Virus record (IMG/VR): IMGVR_UViG_3300025853_000035
Coordinates: 64,001-128,000 of that record
DNA: 64,000 nt
Direction: 5' to 3' (one strand)
Source of the DNA: a virus
Lineage: Duplodnaviria; Heunggongvirae; Uroviricota; Caudoviricetes
The notes under the pieces were generated by a model. The model saw only the letters and a program-made list of their open reading frames with translations. It was not told the DNA's origin and ran no database searches. Shown here piece after piece: positions 13,729 to 23,436 of this stretch. The position numbers and the translations under genes were made by a program. How positions within the stretch are numbered: the stretch's first letter is position 1; each line of letters opens with the position of its first letter.

Positions 13729-14165
13729 GCATCTGGGGAGGTGACGGAGGCTACGGGGAACCGTGGCCTCGCCGGTCCGAAACCCATCGGGCTTACATCG
13801 ATAGCCGCGCCCAGATCACCGAGCATCGCGCGCCCACCGACGAAAGCGTCCGCCTGCTCCGGGAGATGGAGCAGGCAGCAGCGGCCAAGTTCAAGGACGC
13901 GATCCGCCTTGAAGGCAATGGCTTCAACGCCGTGGTCTTCTTCGAGTCGCTCAACTTCTTGGGCGAAGAGAAAGCGCACTGCCTGTTCGATTTCAACGGG
14001 CAGCGGTTCGAGGTCGAAGCCTCGGTCTCGCGCTTCGAGGCGATCAGCGACAAGAACGCCCTCATCACCAAGCTCCACGAGAAAGTCGCGCGCTGTATCG
14101 CCGCCGAAATGATCGTGCCCGCCTACACGAAAGCAACCTATGGACTCCAACACCAAGCAGGCTGA
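13725..14165 (+). CDS. Hypothetical protein
   Basis: Coupled ORF. Confidence 0.6.
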   Translation: MSIWGGDGGYGEPWPRRSETHRAYIDSRAQITEHRAPTDESVRLLREMEQAAAAKFKDAIRLEGNGFNAVVFFESLNFLGEEKAHCLFDFNGQRFEVEASVSRFEAISDKNALITKLHEKVARCIAAEMIVPAYTKATYGLQHQAG

Positions 14166-14706
14166 ATGGGATCAGTTCTTCATCGGCATGGCAGACTATG
14201 TCTCCACCCGATCGAAGGACCCCAGCACCAAGGTCGGCGCGGTCATCGTTCGCCCCGACGGCAAGACGATCGCCAGCCTCGGCTACAACGGCTTCCCGCG
14301 TGGGATGTCGGACGACCCGGCGCTCTACGCTGACCGGGAGGTCAAATACAGCCGCATCGTCCACGCCGAGATGAACGCCATCCTGAACGCGGGCGGCTCC
14401 GTTGATGGCTGCACGCTCTACACCTCGAAGCTACCGCCGTGCGATCGCTGTGCCGTCTTCGTGGCTCAGGCCGGGATCACCCGCGTCGTCTACGAGAACC
14501 CGGCCCCGGAGGTCGCCGAACGCTGGGCGGCCAGTCTCGCCAAGACGCAGGAAATCTTCGCCGACGCCGGCATCCCCATGATCGGTATCGATTTCCCGCG
14601 CCCGGCCGGGAAGATCAACGTCATGCTGATGTCCAAGGCTCCGACGATCTCGGAAACGCTGGTTCATCTCTGGCGCGCGATCAAGACCAAATTCTCCCTC
14701 CGCTAA
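14140..14706 (+). CDS. dCMP deaminase
   Basis: SKDPSTKVGAVIV, GYNG, HAEMNAI, PCDRC. Confidence 0.93.
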   Translation: MDSNTKQAEWDQFFIGMADYVSTRSKDPSTKVGAVIVRPDGKTIASLGYNGFPRGMSDDPALYADREVKYSRIVHAEMNAILNAGGSVDGCTLYTSKLPPCDRCAVFVAQAGITRVVYENPAPEVAERWAASLAKTQEIFADAGIPMIGIDFPRPAGKINVMLMSKAPTISETLVHLWRAIKTKFSLR

Positions 14707-14714
14707 GGAACCCC

Positions 14715-15473
14715 ATGACAGACCCAAATATTTCGGCGGCGATCGGCGTCGCCAAGGGAAAGGCGCGTGCCCTGAAAGACGCCGCCATGATCGGCGACTC
14801 CGGTTATGAACGCATCACGGCCGACCATTACTGCACCCCGCAGGAGAATGTGGACTGCCTGCTCCAGCACGTCACGATCCATGACAACGTCTGGGAATGC
14901 GCGGCAGGGAAGGGCGACATCGCCGACCGGCTGACCGAATACGGCCACACGGTCTGGGCGAGCGACATCATCGATTATGGCTATGATGAGAAGTTCCGCC
15001 TCGCGGACTTCCTCATGCAGACCAAGCTCCCGGACGATAGCATCCGGGCGATCGTGTCCAACCCGCCTTACGAGACGGTCGATCTGACCTCGGACGAATG
15101 GGCGCATCTTGAACCGCTGGCCCGTAAATACGGGATGAAGAGCAGCAGCGTCAGTCTGGCCGAACTGTTCCTCCGCCACGCGATCGCGCTGATGCAGCCC
15201 GTCAAGGGTCAGGTCGCGATGTTCCTGCGGAACGAGTTCGACTGCTCGAAGGGACGCATGGACCTGTTCGGTCTGCCGCCGTTCCACAAGAAGGTCGTCG
15301 TCACCAAGCGCCCGCGCTGGGTCGAAGGCTCCACCGGCAGCCCGCGCCACAACTATTCGTGGTTCGTCTGGGACTGGCGGCACAAGAGCGGCTGCGGCGG
15401 CATCGCCTATTCCCATCCGATGTTCGCGCCCCCGCCGGCCATCATCGCAGCTTCCACCGCCATTCTGGGTTGA
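14715..15473 (+). CDS. DNA amino-methyltransferase (N6-A/N4-C)
   Basis: YCTP, WECAAGKG SAM motif, SNPPY catalytic motif. Confidence 0.85.
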   Translation: MTDPNISAAIGVAKGKARALKDAAMIGDSGYERITADHYCTPQENVDCLLQHVTIHDNVWECAAGKGDIADRLTEYGHTVWASDIIDYGYDEKFRLADFLMQTKLPDDSIRAIVSNPPYETVDLTSDEWAHLEPLARKYGMKSSSVSLAELFLRHAIALMQPVKGQVAMFLRNEFDCSKGRMDLFGLPPFHKKVVVTKRPRWVEGSTGSPRHNYSWFVWDWRHKSGCGGIAYSHPMFAPPPAIIAASTAILG

Positions 15474-15475
15474 CA

Positions 15476-17146
15476 ATGAAGCACACCATCCAAGAAATCC
15501 AAGAAGCCGTCGAAATCTGCGGCGGTATCCGGGCGGCTGGTCGTGAACTCGGTATTCCCGAGTCCACGATCCGCCTCCGGCTCAAGAAGCACATGGCTGA
15601 GCTTCTGTCATCCACGGCCGATTCCGGCGAGTTCGTTTTCACCTCCTACCGGGCACCCCGGCCGCAGGTGTTCGAGCCGCTGGCCGACCACGTCCGCTAT
15701 TTCATCCTGACCTCGGCGCAGGATAGCTCCAAGGTCCACGAGGATTTCTGGAACTGCCTGCACGTCTATGCGGACTGGCTGGAGAACTGCGAAATCATCG
15801 TCTCCGGCTTCACCTACGCCAAGAAGCTGTTCGAGGATCACGACACCCGGTCGCCGCGCGTCGGCTTCCACCCGCTGGTCGATCCCTACATCACGCATGA
15901 TCGCGTCCGCGTCGGCGACGAACTCGACTTCTGCGGCGAGATGAACACGCTGCCGACCGCCGTCACGCCGCTGTCGGGCTTCTCGACCTACACCCGTGGG
16001 CGCTGGGGCGTGTTTCCGCATCCCAAGGTGCAGTTGGAATCGATCGCCACCATGAAGCATGAGCGCGCCAAGCAGCTTATGACCACCGGTGCCGTCACGC
16101 TGCCCAACTACATCCGCAAGAAGGCCGGCATCAAGGGCATGTTCCATCACATGGTAGGTGCCGTGCTGGTCGAATTGGCCCCGGACGGCTCGACCTATTG
16201 CCGCCATCTCCTCGCGACCGATCTGGACGACGGCTCGTTCTACGATCTCGACCGGTATGTGACGCGTGATGGTGTGACCGAGGGACACCGGGTCGAGGCG
16301 ATCACCTACGGTGACATCCACCACGAGAAGCTGGACGAAGAAGTCGCCTTGGCGACGTGGGGCTATGACGTGGACGAGGGCGTCCGCTGGAACAAGTCGA
16401 ATTGGGACCGCATGTATGTGGACGAGGATCACGATCTCGGCCCGATGCCCCTGATCCACACGCTGCGCCCGCACTACGAGTTCTATCACGACCTCTCGGA
16501 CTTCGCGCCGCGAAACCACCACAACATCAAGGACCACCACTTCCGGTTCGAGCGGCACACCTCCGGCTCGCGGAGCGATAGCGTCCAAGTGGCGCTGGCC
16601 GGCTGTGCTAACTTCCTCAACGAGGTGCAGCGCGACGACTGTCTGTCGGTGGTGGTGGAATCGAACCACGATCAGGCACTGACCAAGTGGCTGAAAACCG
16701 CCGATTACCGGGACGACCCGGAGAACGCGGTGTTTTTCCTGTCCTGCCAGCTTTGGTATTACAAGCAGTTGGCTGAGGGCGTGAGTTCGCCGGACATCTT
16801 CCAACAGGTCATGCGTGTCTACGGGTGCCCGGACGATGTCGTCTTCGTCAACGAGGACCAGTCCTTCGTCATCTGCGGCGACATCGAATGCGGGATGCAC
16901 GGCCACCTCGGTCCGAATGGCTCGCGCGGTTCGCCGCTGGCGATCAGCCGGGCAGGGATGAAGTCGAACACCGGCCACACCCACAGCCCCGCGATCCGCG
17001 ACGGAGCCTATGTGGGCGGCGTCTCTGGCTCGCTCGACATGGGCTACAACCGTGGCCCCTCCTCGTGGTCGCACACCCACATCGTCACTTATCCGAACGG
17101 TCGGCGCACGCTGCTGACCCTGCACAACGGGAGGTTCTACGCGTGA
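15476..17146 (+). CDS. T5 A1-like protein (N-terminal HTH plus metallophosphoesterase)
   Basis: FILTSAQ, TTGAVTLPNY...KAG...FHH, GDIH, ESNHD, HGH, GHTHS motifs. Confidence 0.75.
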   Translation: MKHTIQEIQEAVEICGGIRAAGRELGIPESTIRLRLKKHMAELLSSTADSGEFVFTSYRAPRPQVFEPLADHVRYFILTSAQDSSKVHEDFWNCLHVYADWLENCEIIVSGFTYAKKLFEDHDTRSPRVGFHPLVDPYITHDRVRVGDELDFCGEMNTLPTAVTPLSGFSTYTRGRWGVFPHPKVQLESIATMKHERAKQLMTTGAVTLPNYIRKKAGIKGMFHHMVGAVLVELAPDGSTYCRHLLATDLDDGSFYDLDRYVTRDGVTEGHRVEAITYGDIHHEKLDEEVALATWGYDVDEGVRWNKSNWDRMYVDEDHDLGPMPLIHTLRPHYEFYHDLSDFAPRNHHNIKDHHFRFERHTSGSRSDSVQVALAGCANFLNEVQRDDCLSVVVESNHDQALTKWLKTADYRDDPENAVFFLSCQLWYYKQLAEGVSSPDIFQQVMRVYGCPDDVVFVNEDQSFVICGDIECGMHGHLGPNGSRGSPLAISRAGMKSNTGHTHSPAIRDGAYVGGVSGSLDMGYNRGPSSWSHTHIVTYPNGRRTLLTLHNGRFYA

Positions 17147-17313
17147 GAATTACGGTCGAAATGAACAACACCTTCGGCGGCCAGATCGAGATCGACGAGT
17201 TCATGCTCGATCTGGTCGAGGACCCGGCGCAGTTCGTCTTGGATCAGATCAGGGACAACCTCGCGCTCTGCGTCAACAGCCGTCACTTGGAGGCTCCGTC
17301 GGTTGATGCTTAA
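17143..17313 (+). CDS. Small hypothetical protein
   Basis: GTG start coupled to the upstream stop. Confidence 0.55.
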   Translation: MRITVEMNNTFGGQIEIDEFMLDLVEDPAQFVLDQIRDNLALCVNSRHLEAPSVDA

Positions 17314-17635
17314 CGCCAGCACACCCAACCTGCTGCTCGACGACGCCCTTTTTCCGGGCGTCCTCGACGGCTCCATCACTGCCAGCATCCGTATCGGCGA
17401 CCGGAAGATCGAACCCGGCCGCATGACGTTCGCCGCGACCAACGGGAATTATCTCCCGCTGACGGTGTTCGTCTCGTCGGTGATCAAGACGACGCTGATC
17501 GGGATCGCCGATGTCCATGCGCGCCGGTCGGGCCACGGGAGTGATGAAGCGGCGATGGCTTGGCTCCGGGAGAAATACCCGGAGGCCAACCCGGACACGC
17601 CGATGACCGTGATCCTGTTCGAGCGAGCCTACTGA
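17303..17635 (+). CDS. ASCH-domain protein
   Basis: ITASIRIGDR...G and LREKYP...MTVILF pattern. Confidence 0.7.
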   Translation: MMLNASTPNLLLDDALFPGVLDGSITASIRIGDRKIEPGRMTFAATNGNYLPLTVFVSSVIKTTLIGIADVHARRSGHGSDEAAMAWLREKYPEANPDTPMTVILFERAY

Positions 17636-18174
17636 TGCACATCACCGACGAGGTAATCAACCTCAAGAACTCGACGCTGAATATCTTTGTCGGTGAATGT
17701 ATCGGCCGTGGGGCTTCGCGCCATGTCTATGAAATCTTGCATGACAAGACGCGAGTCCTCAAGGTCGAGCATTCCGGCAAGACCTTTCACAACCAGACAG
17801 AATATTTGATCTGGCAGGAATTGAAGGACTGGCCGGTGCGTGATTGGTTCGCGCCCTGCTACGACATTGACTCCTATGGCAACGTCTTGGTGCAGGGACG
17901 CACCCAGCCGTTCCAGTGTGACAAGGATTTCAAAGCGGCGCTGACCCGGACGAGGGGAGGGGTGATCCCCAAAGCCTTCGCAGACATCCACTACGGGAAC
18001 TTCGGCCTGCTCGACGGCGTCGTGGTCTGCCACGACTATGGCTACCACACCTTCTTCGAGCAGATCGCCCGCGAGATGTCGAAGGACGCCGGCTACCTCC
18101 AGTTCGACGAACCCTCCCCGGAACCCGAACCCTTTGACGTAACCGAAGGAGGCCAGCTTGCCCTCGACCTATGA
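17635..18174 (+). CDS. Minimal protein-kinase-like protein
   Basis: IGRGASRHVY Gly loop, VLKVE, NQTE, DIHYGNFG, HDYG. Confidence 0.72.
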   Translation: MHITDEVINLKNSTLNIFVGECIGRGASRHVYEILHDKTRVLKVEHSGKTFHNQTEYLIWQELKDWPVRDWFAPCYDIDSYGNVLVQGRTQPFQCDKDFKAALTRTRGGVIPKAFADIHYGNFGLLDGVVVCHDYGYHTFFEQIAREMSKDAGYLQFDEPSPEPEPFDVTEGGQLALDL

Positions 18175-18190
18175 CGCTTTCGAGCGGAGC

Positions 18191-18304
18191 ATGGACGCCC
18201 TGACCTTGCTCGCCATCTTCGTCGCCGGTTCCATGCTCGTGGACGCCATCTACGACTGGTTGGACCGCGACGATGATGACGACGATGAGCCGCGCACGAC
18301 CTGA
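18191..18304 (+). CDS. Small membrane protein (37 aa)
   Basis: Hand-translated; one TM helix plus acidic tail. Confidence 0.45.
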   Translation: MDALTLLAIFVAGSMLVDAIYDWLDRDDDDDDEPRTT

Positions 18305-18726
18305 TGCCGCGTCTCTATAATCTGCGACACAAACACCGCATCCCGATCCCCAAGGGCGCGATCTATTGCGGGCGCGGGACGCCATACGGGAACCCCTTCA
18401 TCGGCGGAACCCATGGCTCCCGCGCCCGTGTCATTGAGCGCTTCAAGAACGAGGTGCTTCCCGATCTCGACGTGTCGGCCCTGCGAGGAAAAGACCTCGT
18501 CTGCTGGTGCGTCCCTCTTCCCTGTCATTGCGAGTCCATCATGGAAAAAGCCAACGCCCCTGAACCCGAAACGATGCTGCCCGACGGCCTGTGGGAATCC
18601 GACGGCAAGATCATGGCGACCTGCCGGGGATGCGATCGCTCCTACGAATATCCCTGCGATCCTGACGAAGACGGTTTCGACCCGGATATGAGCTATTGTG
18701 GAGGAAGCCCGCGCTGCTGCCCGTGA
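18304..18726 (+). CDS. DUF4326-family protein
   Basis: IYCGRGTPYGNPF...LRGKDLVCWC.PLPCH. Confidence 0.85.
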   Translation: MPRLYNLRHKHRIPIPKGAIYCGRGTPYGNPFIGGTHGSRARVIERFKNEVLPDLDVSALRGKDLVCWCVPLPCHCESIMEKANAPEPETMLPDGLWESDGKIMATCRGCDRSYEYPCDPDEDGFDPDMSYCGGSPRCCP

Positions 18727-18745
18727 CCGCCATTCTCACTTGACA
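18726..18745 (+). promoter_or_regulatory. Conserved promoter element upstream of the DNA polymerase
   Basis: ACCGCCATTCTCACTTGACA. Confidence 0.72.
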
Positions 18746-18795
18746 TTCACGGACAGTTCTGCTTTACGGTTCGTCCAACCTGAATAGGTCTTCCC

Positions 18796-21051
18796 TTGCT
18801 CATTAAGCCCAAAAAACACCGTCGGCTCGTGTTCGACGCCGAAACCGATGGCCTGTTGGATCAGGTTACGGTCTGTCATTGCGTCGTCGTCCGTGACTAT
18901 GACACTGGCCAGCGCTTCGTGTTCCGCAAGAACAAGCGCGAGGATACCATCCACAAGCTCTTCGCGTTGCTTGACGACGCCGAGGAGATTTGGGGCCACA
19001 ACATCGTCGCATACGATATTCCGATGTTGGAGTATCTGTTCGACTGGACGCCGCAGGCACGCATCCGCGATACTCTGGTCCTCGCTCGCCTCCTGTTCCC
19101 AGATCAGAAAGATAAGGATTTTAGGCTTTTCGAGGCCGGTAAGCTCGAAGGCAAGCTGATCGGCAAGCACACGCTCGATAGCTGGGGCCAGCGTCTCGGC
19201 CTCTACAAGGGCGACTACAAGGCGATCAAGGAAGCCGAGGGTCTGGCGCGCGGCTACCTCAAGGACTCCGAGGAGATGCGCTTCTGGGTCTGGGGGCGCT
19301 GGACCGAGCAGCTTGAAGACTACTGCTCGAACGACGTTGACGTGACCATGCTGCTGGTCAAGATGATCGAGAGCCGCGAGTCATCGCCGGACTCCGTCTA
19401 TGTCCAGCACCGCTTGGCTGACCTCATGTCGCGCCAGCAGGACAACGGCTTCCCGTTCGATGCGCCACGCGCCCGCATTCTGGCGGCCGAACTGGTCGTC
19501 GAACAGAAGCGCCTCGAAGAGAAGCTGGCGATCAGCTTCCCCGGCCGCATCATTCCCAAGAAGCGGATGGACACTCCCCCGATCGGGCGGAACGTCAAGG
19601 GTGGCGAGTTCCCACGCTTCTACAACTCCGAGGAGGAGGTGGAAGACCTTCGCTGGTATGGCTACCCGGAACAGAAGGGTAAGGCCGCCGCGAAGTTCAA
19701 GGACCCGCTGCGTCCTCGCTACAGCGAAGGCGCGTGGTTCACGCCCATCACTTGGCAGGAATTCAAACCGACCAGCCGCCAGCAGATCACCGATCGCTTG
19801 CAGGACATGGGCTGGGAGCCGGAAGACGAGGACTACACCGAGAAGGGCAACGTCAAAGCCAACGACGTGATCCTGCGGCGTATCGTCGATCGCTTCCCTG
19901 TCGCCGAAGACCTCGCCGATCTGCTCGCGATCCGCAAGCTGATGGGCCAGTTGGCCGACGGCAAACAGGCATGGCTCAAGGTCTACAACGAAACCTCCGG
20001 CTGCATCCACGCCTACACCAACCCCTGCGGCGCGGTGACGACGCGTGCGACCCACGCATTCCCCAACCTCGCTCAGGTGCCGGCGGTCCGCAAGAAGAAG
20101 GCGAGCTACGGCCAGCTTAGCCAGATCGCCAATCCGACCGGCATCGTCCGGCCGAACGCGAACTTCCGGGGCGGCCCGGTGCTCGTGATGGTCGATCACC
20201 AGCGGTGTGATGACTGGCATCTACTGCCCGCGACCTATCAGGCCGGGGAAGCGATCGTCGAGAAGGGCAAGGCCAAGGCCGGCGATGACCGGATGTTCGA
20301 AGTCATCATCCTCGGACTCAAGGGCGGCTGGGGCTATGAATGCCGCTCGCTGTTCACGGTGTTCGAGGGCTGGCGTCTGGTCGGGTCCGACTTGGCGGGC
20401 ATCGAACTTCGTTGCTTGGCGCATGAAATGGCCAAGTATGATGGCGGTGCCTACGGTCAAGTTCTGCTTGAAGGCGACATCCACTCCGAAAATCAGCGCC
20501 TTGCTGAACTGGAAACGCGTGATACGGCGAAGACCTTTATTTACGCATTCCTTTACGGTGCAGGCGATGAGAAGATCGGCAAGATCGTTTCTCCTCTGTC
20601 CTCGCCGGTTCAACAGGCGAAGATCGGTAAGGAACTCAAGCAACGCTTCCTGAAAAACCTTCCGGCCTTGAACAAGGTCATCCGGGACATTCAGCGGCAG
20701 GCGTCGCGAAAGTTCCTCGTGGGTCTGGACGGTCGCCGTCTGTTCGTCCGCTCCAAGCACGCTGCGCTGAACACCGATCTGCAAGGCATGGGCGCGACGA
20801 TCGCCAACTGGTGGCTCATTTTTATCGAGGACAAGCTCCAAGAGGAAGGGCTGGAATATGGATGGGACAAGGACTTCGTGTTCTGCGCGTGGGTCCATGA
20901 CGAAGTCCAGATCGCCTGCCGGGAAGGGCTGGAAAAGACCGTCGAGCGTATCTGCCTAGATGCGGCTCTGGAGTGTGGTCAGTATCTCCAGTTCGCCCTC
21001 CCGGTCGAAGCCTCGGCCGCCAATGGGATGTCGTGGTCAGACACGCACTGA
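18796..21051 (+). CDS. polA: Family A DNA polymerase (T7-like) with 3'-5' exonuclease
   Basis: FDAETDG, GHNIVAYD, DLAGIELR, AKTFIYAFLYG, WVHDE. Confidence 0.96.
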   Translation: MLIKPKKHRRLVFDAETDGLLDQVTVCHCVVVRDYDTGQRFVFRKNKREDTIHKLFALLDDAEEIWGHNIVAYDIPMLEYLFDWTPQARIRDTLVLARLLFPDQKDKDFRLFEAGKLEGKLIGKHTLDSWGQRLGLYKGDYKAIKEAEGLARGYLKDSEEMRFWVWGRWTEQLEDYCSNDVDVTMLLVKMIESRESSPDSVYVQHRLADLMSRQQDNGFPFDAPRARILAAELVVEQKRLEEKLAISFPGRIIPKKRMDTPPIGRNVKGGEFPRFYNSEEEVEDLRWYGYPEQKGKAAAKFKDPLRPRYSEGAWFTPITWQEFKPTSRQQITDRLQDMGWEPEDEDYTEKGNVKANDVILRRIVDRFPVAEDLADLLAIRKLMGQLADGKQAWLKVYNETSGCIHAYTNPCGAVTTRATHAFPNLAQVPAVRKKKASYGQLSQIANPTGIVRPNANFRGGPVLVMVDHQRCDDWHLLPATYQAGEAIVEKGKAKAGDDRMFEVIILGLKGGWGYECRSLFTVFEGWRLVGSDLAGIELRCLAHEMAKYDGGAYGQVLLEGDIHSENQRLAELETRDTAKTFIYAFLYGAGDEKIGKIVSPLSSPVQQAKIGKELKQRFLKNLPALNKVIRDIQRQASRKFLVGLDGRRLFVRSKHAALNTDLQGMGATIANWWLIFIEDKLQEEGLEYGWDKDFVFCAWVHDEVQIACREGLEKTVERICLDAALECGQYLQFALPVEASAANGMSWSDTH

Positions 21052-21070
21052 CCGACATTCTCACTTGACA
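21051..21070 (+). promoter_or_regulatory. Conserved promoter element
   Basis: ACCGACATTCTCACTTGACA. Confidence 0.72.
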
Positions 21071-21114
21071 TTCGGTCAAGTTTCAATTACCAACACACCA
21101 TCGAAAGAGACCCG

Positions 21115-21471
21115 ATGCAACCCGACGACCTCTCCCTTCCATACGAATACACCAAGAACACCGGACCGGCCTCGAAGGCTCATCTGGTGGGCACTGGTCT
21201 GCTGGCCGGCGCGCTGTGCGTCACGGCCTACTTCGGCCTGACTCCTTGGGCCGCCGCTGCGGTCCCGCTGGTTGTGCTGGCCGTTCGCTTCTGGCTGTTC
21301 AGCCTGATCCACAACGCCGTCCATCTGGGCCTCCGCAACGCTGAAATGGACGCCGTCCTCGACGAGGCGGTGACCGAGCAGATCACGGAGCAGGCCAAGC
21401 GCACGCTGACGCCCGGCTTCATGTCGGAAGCTCTGCTCCGTTCCTCGGCCGAAGAAGGGAGCGTCCATTGA
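21115..21471 (+). CDS. Hypothetical membrane protein
   Basis: Two hydrophobic segments. Confidence 0.7.
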   Translation: MQPDDLSLPYEYTKNTGPASKAHLVGTGLLAGALCVTAYFGLTPWAAAAVPLVVLAVRFWLFSLIHNAVHLGLRNAEMDAVLDEAVTEQITEQAKRTLTPGFMSEALLRSSAEEGSVH

Positions 21472-22169
21472 ACGTCCTCTACTTCGACACGGAATCGACC
21501 GGCCTGCCGCGCAAATGCACGGAGACCTACGAGACCATCCAGCCGAACATCACGCAGCTTGGCTTCATTCTGGAGCGCAACGGCGTTGACGTGATGACCG
21601 TGGACGCGCTGATCAAGCCGGACAACTGGTTCGTTCACGAAGACCCGAACGGTATCCTCCCGCCGTCGATCATCTCGCACCGTGCGTCGGAAGTCACCGG
21701 CATCACGCCCGAGTTGTGCGAGGCGGATGGTATCCCTATCGCCGATGCGGTCGAACTGTTCGTGATCGCGGCCGAACATGCCGACGTGATCGTCTGCCAC
21801 AACACCGCTTTCGACTTGAAGGTGATGGCGGCCGAATACGCCCGGCTCCAGCCCAAGGCGAAGAATCCCGACATCGTCTTCGCCGGTAAGCCGTCGCTCT
21901 GCACGATGAAGGCCGCGACGCCGATCTGCAAAATCCCCAAGAAGAACACCAAGACGGCCTACAAGTGGCCGCGCCTCGACGAGGCGACGATGTTCTTCTT
22001 CAACGAGGAACTGGAGAACGCGCACTCGGCCATCGTGGACATCAAGGCAACCCGCCGTCTCTTCCACAAGCTGATCGAACTCGGTGCATTCGACAAGGAT
22101 GTCTACCGCCTCGCTCGCGCCGGCCTCCTCCGTGAGGACTTTCTGGAGAACGTATGTGCTGCCGCGTGA
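21468..22169 (+). CDS. DEDDh 3'-5' exonuclease (Pol III epsilon-like)
   Basis: FDTESTG, CHNTAFD, AHSAIVD. Confidence 0.92.
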   Translation: MNVLYFDTESTGLPRKCTETYETIQPNITQLGFILERNGVDVMTVDALIKPDNWFVHEDPNGILPPSIISHRASEVTGITPELCEADGIPIADAVELFVIAAEHADVIVCHNTAFDLKVMAAEYARLQPKAKNPDIVFAGKPSLCTMKAATPICKIPKKNTKTAYKWPRLDEATMFFFNEELENAHSAIVDIKATRRLFHKLIELGAFDKDVYRLARAGLLREDFLENVCAAA

Positions 22170-22417
22170 GTCCGAACACAACGATCAGGGGCGGGCGAAT
22201 GTTGTCGTCATGGAGCCGCCCCAGCTTCACTTCCCCATCGGGGTTCCCTTCCACAGCGGCGACCAGTTCAACAAAGAGCGGGGCAACTGGTTCTACCGCC
22301 ACCCGGCCGGCGGCGCATTGAAGGGGCCTTTCGCCTCCTTCGATGCAGCAGGACGGAATATGATCGGCATGGCTGAAAGCCCGGTCGGTTGATGCCCCGC
22401 TAATCGAAAGCATCTGA

Positions 22418-22897
22418 ATGTCCACATTGCTGTTCCTCGACACGGAGGTCCCCGATCGGGACTCTCCGGGAACCCCGGCCTTTGTCTTCTACGACAATGG
22501 TGATTGGGAAATCGCCTTCGCAGGCGACCTCGACTACATCAAGGGTAGCTCGGCCTATCTCGGCTCGGCGACCATGATCGAAGTCATCGACTATCTCAAC
22601 ACCGACTACGATCTCGAACTGGTCGATGAGAACGACGGCACCGCGTTCCTCTACACCAGCGTCGAAATCACGGAGGAGGCGGACAACGAGCCGTTGATCG
22701 TCCTCCACGATGACGGTGAGTTCGACATCTACGAGCGAGCGATCGCCGTGGAACTGGTGAACAATGAGGACAGCGGCGTCTATAATTTCGTCTCGCTGGT
22801 CGAAGTGTTCGAAGAACTGGAGCGCTTCCTGCGTCGCCGCATCCCGGAATCGATGGATGACGGCCGGGACGATGATGACACAGGCGACGACGAGTGA
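22418..22897 (+). CDS. Acidic hypothetical protein
   Basis: D/E-rich ORF with phage codon usage. Confidence 0.7.
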   Translation: MSTLLFLDTEVPDRDSPGTPAFVFYDNGDWEIAFAGDLDYIKGSSAYLGSATMIEVIDYLNTDYDLELVDENDGTAFLYTSVEITEEADNEPLIVLHDDGEFDIYERAIAVELVNNEDSGVYNFVSLVEVFEELERFLRRRIPESMDDGRDDDDTGDDE

Positions 22898-23436
22898 TGC
22901 AGTTTTTCTCACTCCGCGAAGCCAACGTCGCCCGGCAGGCGGAGTGGGACACCGGTGGCAACATCGACCTGTCCTACTCCGGCAACGAACTCGCCGGTGA
23001 AGCTGGTGAACTGATCTCCGCGACGGTCGATCTGATCAACGGCGGTGATGATTATGAAGCTCTCCGTGAGGAGATCGGCGATGTCATCATCTGCTGCGAT
23101 CTGATCGGCCTGCGCGTCGGCCGGCCGCTCATCACGCGCTGGCCGGTAAAACCCCGCCGGGGCCATGCAGACGCCCGCATCGTCACCGACCAACTCGTCG
23201 ATCTGGCGATTGAAGTCGGGAACGTCTCGAACACGATCAAGAAGCAGGAGCGGGAACGCTTCGGCATGGTCGGTGCCCGAGGCTCGCTCGACGACATGAT
23301 GCACAACCTCAACGAGATCATCTGTCTGGTCCACTGGATCGGCGAGAGTTTCGGTGTGGATGCAGGCGAATGTGTCGCCCACAAATTCAACCTCACGAGC
23401 GCCAAGTATGGCCTCCAGACCAAGATGGCTCCCTGA
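22894..23436 (+). CDS. MazG-like nucleotide pyrophosphatase with two repeats
   Basis: ELAGEAGEL...EEIGDVIICCDL, then a second EVGNV...KKQER repeat. Confidence 0.78.
   Translation: MMQFFSLREANVARQAEWDTGGNIDLSYSGNELAGEAGELISATVDLINGGDDYEALREEIGDVIICCDLIGLRVGRPLITRWPVKPRRGHADARIVTDQLVDLAIEVGNVSNTIKKQERERFGMVGARGSLDDMMHNLNEIICLVHWIGESFGVDAGECVAHKFNLTSAKYGLQTKMAP

Noticed and set aside
20085-20330. Intein or group I intron in the DNA polymerase
   Set aside because: No Cys/Ser start, no His-Asn end, no LAGLIDADG motif and no in-frame stop; treated as a plain insertion.
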